From NCBI RefSeq assembly GCF_003918875.1, contig NW_025766103.1:868001-932000 (forward strand): 64,000 nucleotides of DNA. The letters run 5' to 3'. Shown piece after piece: positions 14,057 to 26,342 of the stretch (position 1 is its first letter; each line of letters begins with the position of its first letter). Origin of the DNA: Haliotis rubra (taxonomy: Eukaryota). The notes under the pieces were generated by a model. That model was not told the DNA's origin. It saw only the letters and a list, made by a program, of their open reading frames with translations, and searched no databases. A program made the position numbers and the translations under genes.

Positions 14057-14472
14057 TAGTGTTGGGAATTGGTTAAAATCTCATAATTGATGATTGGTTT
14101 ATAACAACCGATCAATCATCGAAAAAAATTGGTTAGCGTCATTAATGAAATTTGTTAATGCACATAAAAATAAGGAAAAAACATGTAGTTCTTCTGGGTT
14201 TTGTGGCAAAATTTCACATTTTTAAAGGATGACTAGTATGTTAGGAACATAAATTTCTTGGAGTCTTTAAGATAAATTCAATCATGACTTGAAACGCGCT
14301 TGTAGTACTTATGAAATGTAACAGACAAAACCAACCTTGTGAAAAATATTGTTTATGAAAACAAGTGTTCCAGAAATGTTTGTGTTCGATTATGAGAAAA
14401 CATGATCGATTGCTTGGTCGTTTAGTCACTGCGACCAATCTTCGATTAGTTCAATTAATCGGACCACTACTA
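14057..14472. mobile_element. hAT-like MITE
   Basis: Imperfect termini TAGTGTTGG...CCACTACTA; perfect 8-bp TSD GTTCTTAC (14049-14056/14473-14480); absent in C. Confidence 0.8.
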
Positions 14473-17400
14473 GTTCTTACACCATGTGAAATGGGTCTAA
14501 TAATGTCTAATGAGATCGTGGTTAATGATTTGGTCCAGTGGCGCCATATTACAAGCCACATAAGCCATGGTGTGTTTATTATGGAAATAGGCTTTTTTTT
14601 AAACGTGCAGACTATGAATCGATACAATGCAAAACATAACTAAGTTACGTGTGATATCTGTAGACCTTTGGGTTTTATTCCTCCATGTTAAAAACGCTTC
14701 ATGATTACAAATGGGAGGACAAAAATGTTTATTTCCATGTACACTTGCCATTTCAGGTATGCAGTTCAGTTATGCTGTCCCGGATGTAGCTATGCACCTG
14801 GTATCTCCTGAACAAGCAACAGTGCGGTGCCATCCGTGAATCACACCGCAGCAAACCGACCTTAAGAACTATTAGAAGTGTCTGTGCATCTATTTCTATA
14901 TACTGCACTTACTGTGAAGTCGGTCTGAGATTCATTTCAGGCGTACAGTGATCAAAGTGTTCAACACTTCAGGAACAACCTTCTTCCTATTTAAAACACA
15001 TTAGCTGCCTTCCTCATTTCATGCTTGATATTACAGTTACCCTGGATATAACGGAATGTTGACTTACAAGACACACATTGTCACATAGAACCTGAACAAA
15101 TTACAGAGACACATGTAGATGACATTAGTCAGGTTTAGCACACCAGGCTGTGACACTGTACATTGGCAAATGGATGGGATTGGTAGTCCATTCCAATAAA
15201 CCAGCTAAATGTAACACGAAGAGGAGATTAGCGCCAAGAGTCTTGGCATTCGGAGAATCATCTCTTTGAAGTACTACACACCTAGTATCTCAGAATATGT
15301 ACATGCTGTTCTTTTGCAACCTACACTAATAATTGACCATAATACCAAATAAGGGACCACAAGGCTTCGTGCCTAATGACGTAAAGAGTGTTGTGGAATA
15401 TGGCTGTCCTCACAAGCAAGCGAACTTTCTAACCTCATTGGGCTACAATAACAAGGTTAGTATGCGAGAGATTGAGCGGATTTGTTCGATTGAGGTTGAA
15501 CATAGATTCTGAATGACGAACTTCAATCAAACGCCCACCTTGTCTAAATCGTCAAAGAATGTTTTAAAGGTGCTTACAAACACTTGGATTTAATAGAGAT
15601 TAGAGACGTCGTTTGTTTCCGGATCTGTAAGGTATACACAGGCATACACGTATCATTCCAGTCATTATTGCACAACTCGAAAATACAACAAAATGACATT
15701 GATGTCTGTGTCCAATTACGTTACCTAACTAATTTCCCTGAATATCAGTTAAGCAGAACTTTCTCCTGTGTAATACTCCGTCAAGATAATAAGCATATGC
15801 GACTTGGAATAGTAACCGGAACATACTCGTATTATACAAGTGAAACAACTCTGTCATATGTCTAGTCACTGATGTCTCAGATGTTCAACAGAAGTTTCAT
15901 GGCCTTGAGTGTTGCAATACTGATCAGAAATGTTTTGACATCTTCATAGAAAGAGCATGTTTTTCCTCAAAAGTCTCAACGTTAACTACGTTTTGTAATG
16001 GGGAATACACTTCAATTGGAAGATATAGAGTTGATACAAAGAATATGTTGTTATATTTTGCCTCTAAGCAGATGAATGTTTTCGAGTAATACTTATTTCA
16101 ACCTGCAAAGCATTTATTTGCAAATGCTGCCGCAACATGTTTCGTCATACATGACAGTATGGCGCACAATTATATCAAATGACGTGTATATTTGAGAATA
16201 TGTAACCTTTGACGAACGTATCTGCCCTGTTCCACCACACATGAAAACCAAGGTGTGTGGTCATATCAAATGTAGTGAAGAAGCATAGCAAGTCAAAAAC
16301 AATTCTGGGTTTAGCGGTATATTTGGTACACCATATGATATTTTTTCGGTTTAATGAAGTTCTTATCCTTTGTGTTGGTTAGGTGAGTGGCATGTTTGAC
16401 AAGTTAACAAACATTACACATCTTCCAAAACAGACTGTCAGTTCAATAAGCTGAATTCGGAGACACAACGTCCGTGTTTGCTCTCTGTGGTAAGGATAAT
16501 TGCTCGAATATGCCCTGGGTGCTGTTTCCGTGAGATATTTGGTCGCACTTGTAAGACGACATCAAACGAATGGACGTTAACATCACTAAACCGACACCCA
16601 CACACAATCACAAACAGATACACACTGGCATTGTCTGAGTAATTACCAATTCACTAATGAAGTTTTCACTTTCACTATTGACCTTTGCTATTGTCATGTA
16701 ACTGAAGCATTATACATCGACTTATTACACACGTGTTCTGAATATCTTTATGAGATAGTTTTGGTTATTGGAAACAAGTGCTGTGTAACCAGTTGAATGT
16801 TATCCTACACGTGTTGTGTAACCACACTAGGTTACACAACGATAGTGACGTCATAGTGTCGAACTTTCTGTTGCCACCTCGATATTTCATATTAACATTA
16901 TAACTCCATTCAAGCAGTTTTTGGTCTAAATGGCAACCAAACAAAACATTAGGTTTGTGCATAATTTACAATTCATTTTCGGAGTCCTGAGGAATAGTAG
17001 GTTTTTTAATTGATTTTTTACATGTTTATTGTCATCTATAAAGTAGTCGTGACAGTTATCCCCCTTTCGTTTTGGTTACATCTGGCATCGTCTTCTTGAT
17101 TTGTCATCATGGGTCACACTGTTTTCCCGTCCTGTATGTAATGAAAAGATCACAAAACTCGTGAATGTTGAATAAGGAAAATATTCAAATCAATATTTTG
17201 AAACGTTTTGAATTTTGAATAAATCCTAACGTATAAAAATGTTTCGTTGGAATATTTTCCATATTCAACACCCACTCGTTTCGTAATCTTTATATATCCA
17301 ATATAAGACGAAAACTGTTATTTTGTGACTGTTTCATTTCTTACGGCAAGGTATTTGAATATTAACTATGAGATCACTACAGCAACATAATGATATTTGT

Positions 17401-18652
17401 GTGGCGTCGACGTTACAATTATGGGATGATGATTCTATTATTTAGGATAAATATAACCTCCTTTGCTCTTGGTGCAACTATGTTGGCCGTTTTCTCTAGG
17501 CACAGAGGCCGTTTTCTCCAGCGCAGTGACCGTTTTCTTGTTTTTTTGGGGGTCCGTTTTCGCAGAGGTCCATTTTCTCCGTATCCCGCCAAAAGTACAA
17601 ATCACGCTACCAATAGGGTGCTAAATTCATTACAGGACTTTAAGATAATGTAACGTCAGTCAAATGGGGGGAGATTAGTCGGTTAATGTGGATTTAATGG
17701 AAGAAAAGTATTTGTGAAGTGGAAACATTGACACCATTATACACCTGAAATACCATAAATCGAAAAACAGACCATCTTAACATTGTGGCAGAGTCGACAG
17801 AGATGGATGCAGAAACTCTTCTTATGGTACTTAAGGTTCCTCAGCTACGGTGTCAATGTCTGATGACCCCGCGCCATTGAGTATGAAGGCGATACTAAGT
17901 ACACTGCTACATCCAGGAGATAATCGAAAACTGGAGAACACACAAGCTCAATTTACCAGATGACCATTGTGTATCGTACTTCGGTGGATCATGACGCCTT
18001 AATTCTCTGGACGGAGTTGCTTTTCGTTATCCGCATCAGTTATCATCAGTCCCAGGTTGATAGTTGGTTGGTTGGCTGTTGTTTAACAACTGAAGTCTGA
18101 CGATTTATATCCTTTCAACGTCTTTTCCTGTACGTTCTCCTTTAAGTTCACAAATAATGGACAAGAAAATGAATTGGGTTAATGTATTTCATTTTATGGA
18201 AGTGCAAATGATTTCCGACCTCGGTCTTTACGGCATATCTTTTTTGATGAATATGGTCACCATGTGTAAACTGGAGGCAAGCCATTTACAACAACGTAAA
18301 AGCAAAATGAGTTAGGTCATTGTGTCAATTTAAATCGAATATACTACAACTCTCTTTTTACAAGAATATGGTAGTTGAAGCCTGAGGACGCAGGAAGTAC
18401 CGACGTCATACACACTAGTCAACTTTTAGGCCAAATAGGGCGTATATTCATTGTACGAAGACAACACTATGAAGCAAATGGTGTTTTCTCTAACTACATG
18501 TTTGCATCACTGCGACAAAACATATTAGAGTTTTACCACCACTAAATAAAACCATTTCCATAATTAGAGTTGATCATAATAATAATCACGGTCGTAATCA
18601 TCGTAGGATTCCAACTGTGTGTATATCATAAGTATGTGTTCATGGAAGTTAC

Positions 18653-18818
18653 GGGGCGGTGGGGTAGTATTGTGGTGAAAGCGTTGGCTCGTCACGCCGA
18701 AGACCCGGGTTCGAATCCCCACTTGGGTACAACGTGTGAAGCCCTTTTCTGGTGTCCCCCGCCATGATATTGCTGGAATATTACTAAAAGCGGCATAAAA
18801 CCAAACTCAGTCAGTCAG
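18653..18818 (+). mobile_element. tRNA-Asp-derived SINE
   Basis: GGGGTAG..GTGG..CTCGTCACGCCGAAGACCCGGGTTCGAATCCC; (TCAG)n tail; 13-bp TSD TCATGGAAGTTAC. Confidence 0.93.
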
Positions 18819-19590
18819 TCATGGAAGTTACACGGAATTACATCTATACCTACTCTGTGTCAACATTATACTTACAGAGAGTATATTGTACAAACCGATA
18901 TTTGAGATAGATTCTCGGGACAGTTTCCTCTCTACTGTTATTAATATAATTCTACCAGACGAATATAGAGGTATACACACTATCAAATCGTGGATTCACA
19001 TGGAGACAGCTATAAATACGTGTGAAGAAAGTTTAAGAAAAATGTTTTCTGACGGTATATTTTAAGTTTAGAAAACTCTTCATTAAATATACCCACAGCT
19101 GCTATTGTTAAATGGCATCCGGCTTCTTCTACAGACTTATCTGAGCTTCGGGGCTTGTGGAAGTGAATGTTTACAGTTTCCTAGAACCTGCCATGGAAAC
19201 AGCTGCTTGAATTGGACTTTTCTTTTTGAGAGTGGTATTTCAGCTTCAGAAATATATCCAATTCGCTCACTGAAAACTATCACTTGTATCATCTGATTGT
19301 TGCAATTACGGTAATTCATTTGGAAAAGACGGCAAATAGGATGACCTTTTAAAAACACGTATCTATTTATGTTGAAACAAAGATAGTGGTCATAACTTGA
19401 ATTGGACTGATTAACATAACAAATTGATCCATCTAAACGTTTAAGAACGAACAAACACATTTAACCCTATTGTGGTAACATACTGTGCATAAGCCAGCTT
19501 AAGGTAATTTGAAAATATAAAAGGTGAAAGTAGATACTGTTATGCCTGCCTATCACTTTAAATGAAGTCTAATGGGAATTAAAGCCGGGT

Positions 19591-21171
19591 TGTGATGGGT
19601 ATAAATGACGTCCAAACACAGGCTACGGGTGTGAGGGTTTATTCGCATAGGCAGTAAGAGAGGTAACGACACCCTGCAATACACAAAACAATAACACAAG
19701 ATAATATCATAAAAACATGATACATCTTTCACATGTAACTTTCAAGTACATATTCACATTCGCATATACATATCTTTGTCAATGAGGCAGAAAATCATTG
19801 TCTGGATTACATAAATAATTCATGAAGGGGTGATAACTCAATGTATGCGTACTATACATGAGGTATACAATGAACATGGATTAATATTGCTATAAATTAC
19901 ATTGCATGTTCTCAATACAATAATTAATTACCACTTTGTGATACCAATGATATGAATTGCAATCAGTGGTACATATCTGTCATAATATATTATTTACAAT
20001 ATATACAGAGAATAATAATTAAGATTCAAATTGTCCGTACCCTGTGGGTGACACTGGGGTGTTAATTCTCCTGGGGAAGCCGCCACAATAGTAAAGTGAC
20101 TGTGTTCATTTATACAGGAACACATGAAAGCAAATTTATAGCCACCTGTTATACATGAAACCCGATACATATAAAGCATCACTCTGGAGACTGAATGTGT
20201 ATTGTCTGGATTACATAAATAATTCATGAAGGGGCGATAACTCAATGTATGTGTACTATGCATGAGGTATACAATGAACATGGATTAATATTGCTAAAAA
20301 ATGACATTGCATGTTCTCAATACAATAATTAATTACCACTTTGTGATACCAATGATATGAATTGCAATCAGTGGTACATATCTGTCATAATATATTATTT
20401 ACAATATATACAGAGAATAATAATTAATATTCAAATTACCCGTACCCTGTGGGTGACACTGGGGTGTTAATTCTCCTGGGAAGCCGCCACAATAGTACAG
20501 TGACTGTGTTCATATATACAGGAACACATGAAAGCGAATTTATAGCCACCAATACATGTAAAGTATCACTCTGGAGACTGAAAACACATGAAATGATTGA
20601 ACACTGAGTGAAGTGTTTTGCACAGCAAATAATCATCATCATACATTAATTAAGATAAGGCATTCACTCACTAAACATTCACACAGACAGATTAGAACAT
20701 GTCAGAATATTTAGCCCTACTGATTTCATGTCTATGGTGATATGATCACCATACCAAATATAAATATATTAAAGGTGTTGAAGTATGATTAAACATAGCT
20801 TAGACTACATATATTATATGCATATATAATAGCTAGTAAATAATATATATAACTAACCTTAAACAATGAAAATTCTCTGTTCCAATTAGACAAAGATCAG
20901 ACCAGTCTGTAAGTCAGTGTCTTGTCAAGTGAAAGATGGATGAAAAAGTGCACAGTTTAAACCGACCAATGAAAACAAGGCTTGGGTTAGAACAAAGAGG
21001 AGACAATGACTTAAACATGGACTAAGCTAAAACCCCTTTACCTTTATAGACTGCTCTAAAAGCATAGCAAGGAGAAGTTGAAAACTACTGTCCTTACAAC
21101 TTTAAAATACTAGAACATAAAAACACCTGAATGAGATAAAAAAAAACTATTCAGAACTTGTGTCTGCCACA
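19591..21171 (-). mobile_element. Possible solo LTR (B-specific 1.6 kb insertion)
   Basis: TGTG...CACA termini; AATAAA ~50 nt from the minus-strand 3' end; absent from A and C; no TSD found. Confidence 0.45.
19797..20582. repeat. Recent 404-bp tandem duplication
   Basis: attgtctggattacataaataattcatg starts at 19797 and 20201; the two units are near-identical. Confidence 0.95.
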
Positions 21172-24100
21172 CATTATCCCTTTAACACAGCAGTCTGATT
21201 GTGTACACAGTTTTTGACATTCCTTGAATATCGCTTTGTTTTTTATTTCTCTGTCTGGAGGATTTTAATGACAATATAATTTCGACCAACATAATCCTCC
21301 GAAGAAAACAAAGTATTAGGTTTCCGTAAACTCCTCGACTTATTTGTGAAATGGCGTCTGGGGATGCTTTATTGACACTGTGTTGTAAATCAGAAATACA
21401 TTTATTCTTCATTTGTGAGCCACTGGGGCAAAATGCTGAAGGAAATTTTGTCACTGGCGTGCTTGACGTTTCACATGAATTCTATTAAAAGCAAGCAATT
21501 GTAATGTAGATGGATAATGTGGGTATCAGAATGTGTAAGATGTGATGTGTCTTGAGTGGGTGAGTGAGAGTATGATTGTATGTATATAGTAGTACATGGT
21601 GTTGGTGTAGGTGGGTTATCGAACAGTATCGTATACCTAGGTGTGCCAGCTTATGTTAGGAGAAAATCGAAGTAAGTCGAATCCGTTGACCACTTTTCAG
21701 CGAGACCTGGGTATTGATAGATTATTGGGTTGAGAAAGAGAAAATACAATGGTTTGTACATCTAATTAAATGTAATAGGAGTTTGGGTACCAAATTGTCA
21801 ACTGTCTGTGAAATTTGACGAATTGGTGATAAATTGTTATTTATTACTAATACTAATAATGTGTTCATGTTGCCGTGGTATTAATGAAGTAACATCCTGA
21901 CGGGGTCCAAAGACGGTTTTTTTGGCGTGAGGTGATTAAATAACATGGCTTTTTTACGATATCACAAGACAATATAAACGTGCAGTTGTTCATGGCCCCA
22001 GATATTACGCTTGTTATTTAAGATTGTGATAAGAACCGAAATTTACCTTTCAATTGTGAATGTTGAAGCCTGAATGTTATATAACTTAAACAACAAAAGA
22101 CATGAATAATTTGTTAGCACTTCATTATTTAGTACCATATCTAGCAAACCTTAAGCAAATATTGCATGGTATCATGTCAACTCCTTAGTTATTCATCCCA
22201 CAGTTGAATTTTATTTTTCTCAAAAATTGAAAACGAAAACGTTTATAGCACGGAAAGTGAATACATACGTGCCGAAATTATTTTTATGCCAAGACATGCG
22301 CTTAGAACCACTGATACAAATGTGTTAAAATGCCGTCAACGATTAATCATTTATTGGCATTCCGTGCTGTGAACAGGTCAGCGTAAATCCGAGATAATAT
22401 CGAAACAAGAAACAGCAATTTAAAAAACAGGAAGAGAAAAAGAAAACTCGCTGTAGTTAATCCTTTACGATATAGTTTTTGCTAGAACATGTTTGTCAAT
22501 GTTTCTGAAACACGTTCTGGTGAAGGTAAATGCGTGAGAAGAGTTGTGATAGGTACAATGTTGTCAAAGCATATAATGTTGTGACACTTCTTTTCAATAT
22601 GAAATGTGTTGACTTAATTTACTCAAGTGTAATGTCAATTGTTTTTTTTTGTTTAAGTGGGTTAGTGGGCACACATGCATAATGTTTTTTGCTTTGCTGC
22701 CAAAGTGCTGATATCCATAGATGTTTTGACGGGATTTCGGGTCCATAGCACCCAAAATGCATCAGTACAGCCCACTCTAACATAAAATGCAATATCTTAA
22801 ATCTATAACCAATCAACTACCTGATATTACCTGGAATAACCATGCAGATATTGTTGCAAAACTGCCGCCATATATCTGAGAAAGGCATGACGATGGGACA
22901 TATATATTCCTGACAGAAACTATTACTGAGAAAAATATAATGACGGTGTTCCTGTCTCGCAGACAGATTTAACTCAGAATAGCAACGAAGACAATATTCT
23001 TCCTGACATGGGAATAACCTGGAAATGTGTTCCAGTCATGCAACTAGTTGGATTTGAGAAATCATGGCAACGACAGGGTGCCAATTGCTCAAACCAAATT
23101 CAACGGAAAGTTATTACAGCATTTATATAACGGAGAAAACGAGTGTTGCATATGCCGAGACAACCGGCCTGTCTTATAAAGCGTTTTATAGAAAGGATTT
23201 CTATTGACAGATTTTTCGTGAATTATATAACCGTCATATATGAGCGAACCAGCCATTATATTTAACCGCCACTTGGAGTAGGCATAATAATTATATACTG
23301 ACAATTTCCTATGTGATAGTTGAGTCATTAAACCTACATTCTGAGTCCGATTGAAAGAAGCTCTACTTTCGCTCCGGTTGTGTGGCGTCTGATCACTCAA
23401 AGGACATTTGAAAGAGTCATTCTGACAGAATAGTTGAACAGAAGTAGTCGTATGCCCCTGGAGATCAATTCGTGTACAGCACTTTGCTCTACGATTTATT
23501 GCATGCAGCCAGTTCAATTCAAAAACACGGAGTGGCGGCAGTTTCACTTCCACTTAAACTGAAATTACCTGAGAGTTATTACAACATGTAAGGAATTGGT
23601 ATTACGTTTTGGTGACTGCCAAAACCACCAGTCTGTCATTTGTGTTTTATAAAAAGGGTTTCGCTATATATATAGATTTGCCGTACATTATATCACAAGC
23701 ATCTATTGCTATAAGAATTCACTATCCAGTCTACAGAAACCGTCCCCTACAATATACATGACTGAAAGGGAAAAAACCCACAAATCAGAGACATATTCAA
23801 ATACTAATTTGAGAGTTGAGTAATTATACCTTCAGTCTGAATCTGACAGTAAGAAGTAATACTTCCAATCCAGTTCCGTGACGTCTGAGCCCTTGGAGGA
23901 TATTAGCAAAGGTAATCCTGTGAGAATAGTCGCAAAGAAGTACTCCTATTCCCTGGCGATCGCTCCTGCACAGAGCCTACAGACTTTGTCTGTAGTAACG
24001 GCGATTTATCTTTCTCGTCATCCCATTGCTTTAGGTCGTTGTGCGGATATTGAACGCAATACATCTGAAGACGTAACATACCATGAAAACATCGTCACCT

Positions 24101-24564
24101 ATGAACATTCAGCAGTGGGGTTAGTGTTGGTTGGCCACGTCATGGTTACAGGATGTAAATCAAATATATCATGTACTTGTTTTCCTTCAACAACATTTCT
24201 TCGTGAGTCGTGGATATGATCAATACCTAAAACATCCCTCATACTGTTTATCTGATTGACTGGCACGGACTTGTCTTCTAATTATAGGAAGATGCACTTC
24301 CTCGCACTGATATGCAAAACCCACTTCATTCACCCACTCATTCGTTCACTTTGTCTCTCGTGGGTTATTCTTAGGAATAACCCCTCTCACTCTCTGTTTC
24401 GATACTATTGAAAAAGTAGGGATATTCAGTTTTGGGAGTGATATTATTTGTATGATTGTAAATGAATTTAGAAAATAACTATTCCATTTATAGCATGTTG
24501 TGATTTTCGTGAAAAGACGCCTGAATGAATTATTATTATAGTTTATTGTTCATCGCAGGAATTT

Positions 24565-24830
24565 ATCAGGATGTACACGTGAAAGTGTCTTGATAACATT
24601 TTAAATATACGCTGAAACGAGGAGACACACGTGGTGCCATTTGCGCGCCGACATGGGCGTCGTTTTGTGTATCCGAATGATAATACAGGAGCACACAGCT
24701 CTCGTATAGGTACTGAGTATTGTTACCGAGTGCAATGGAGGACGTAGCCATCCTACTATTGCCAGCACTCAGTCCGGACTTGTCACTCATCGAATATGTC
24801 TTTGGATATCCACGGATATACGGATAATAC
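24565..24830 (+). pseudogene. Tc1/mariner transposase remnant
   Basis: Translates (with a frameshift) HVVPFARRHGRRFVYPNDNTGAH...LPALSPDLSLIEYV, matching the Tc1 QDDNA..H / WPA.SPDL.PIE region. Confidence 0.8.
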
Positions 24831-24871
24831 AAGAGCATACAATTTTTGCATTTTTACTGAGTATTGTTACT

Positions 24872-25040
24872 TAAGAAAAGCAAGATTTATGGATGTCAAC
24901 TTCTTTATTGTGAATAACCTGATGTTTCAGAGTGTATGCGTGCTCCTGTACGGGTGAATGATGAAGGAGCAAGCATGCACACCGAAACTTCATGTTATTC
25001 ACAATAAAGAAGTTGACATCCATAAATCTTGCTTTTCTTA
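24872..25040. mobile_element. Fold-back repeat, Penelope-like terminus with degenerate hammerhead core
   Basis: Perfect 47-bp outer inverted repeat plus imperfect inner arms; TGATGA-stem-GAAAC at 24959-24988. Confidence 0.65.
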
Positions 25041-26178
25041 TATATTCCACTTCTATTGTGACTTATCTTTCCCTCACACACACTCATTCGTTCATTCATT
25101 CACATTCACGTACACACAGGAACACATTCCCTAACACATACAGGTATATCCACTTTGAGTCATTTATAATGTGTCGTGTCTAGTACAGCACATAAACCAT
25201 AAACCACGCATGAGGAACATATCATGTCTTTGAGAGAGCAAAATGATCTGGATGAATCGTTACGCATGCTACTCAAAGCAGGAAACACGTAATGGCTCTT
25301 AATAAACTTGGTCGCTTCCTTAGGCTTGCCTCAGATCGTCGTTTAACCTACCGCACAGATAAGCAATCACTTTGTTAAACAGTTCCTTGAGGACATTTTG
25401 GCAGCGCTAACTTGCAGGGGTTTGGGCCGTCAGCTACACGGGGAGATTATGTCTGTCTAGCCTGTGACATATGGATCCATGCAGGCTTGACTCTCAGATG
25501 AGGAGAAAGATGGAGTGGTTCATTTGTGAGATAACAACGGAAGATGAAGATATGGACGTGCATTATTTCGCCAAATTTGCAACTGACAGTTTCTGAACAA
25601 TCCCTTGATTTGCAAGGCTTTAAACTGGTAATTATCAGGCTGATATGAATCAAATTGTGAATAATCATGTTCGTACGTTACAGCGCTGTCCGTTTTTCAG
25701 TTGTTAAGCATTAGATAATATTGATGAAGTATGTTAGTCGAATATGTTTAATCCGAACTCTGCTCTTGTGATTTGTTTTGACAGTGATTTAAAGAGGCAT
25801 TATCAAAGAAAGATGTCAGCTCGTGGAATTGTTACTAAGAAGCCTTCCTTTTAAAACTGTGACGGATGCAGGTGTGTCTCTTAAAGTCGATCAACTGTAT
25901 CAATCCAATAATGAACAAAGACTTCACAAGTCTTATATCTGGATGTCAAAATGACAACAAGATTGTTCAAGCTAGACTGAGTCCCTGACATGATTTTGGA
26001 CACATCATTTACATGGCATGCGCAGTCTGTAGGCCTCTTTAACCACAGCTATAATATTTATGTATTCATGTCCATAAAACTGACCTAAGTGCTCGCTATA
26101 GTGGTTTAGTTTAACATTTAAAGTAATGGGCAGGTTGTAGACTCAGCTACAGCGGTTGACTAGTAGTAGAACAAAACT

Positions 26179-26342
26179 NNNNNNNNNNNNNNNNNNNNNN
26201 NNNNNNNNNNNNNNNNNNNNNNNNNNNNNNNNNNNNNNNNNNNNNNNNNNNNNNNNNNNNNNNNNNNNNNNNNNNNNNNNNNNNNNNNNNNNNNNNNNNN
26301 NNNNNNNNNNNNNNNNNNNNNNNNNNNNNNNNNNNNNNNNNN
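26179..26342. other. Assembly gap (164 N)
   Basis: Run of N. Confidence 1.

Larger units (their letters stand above)
1..16330 (+). repeat. Copy A of a long degenerate segmental unit (left arm of a giant inverted repeat)
   Basis: Colinear reverse-complement matches to B: 400-850~34070-34490; 930-1030~32200-32335; 1600-1900~31300-31700; 2540-2960~28100-28530; 5580-5720~27840-27990; 7200-7700~25200-25700; 8640-8960~23360-24180; 10650-10720~19495-19580; 11100-11200~19090-19200; 14780-15010~17665-17920. Also matches C from 7000 to 16330. Confidence 0.9.

Noticed and set aside
18653-18730. Functional tRNA-Asp genes (also at 13.9, 39.0, 51.9 and 56.6 kb)
   Set aside because: No proper acceptor stem; all have a common non-tRNA body, microsatellite tail and TSDs, so they are SINEs.
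19105-19296. Recurring GIRLLL..Y peptide (also near 52450 on the minus strand) as a repeated domain
   Set aside because: The match is short, and the two occurrences lie on opposite strands of the unit, so chance is likely.
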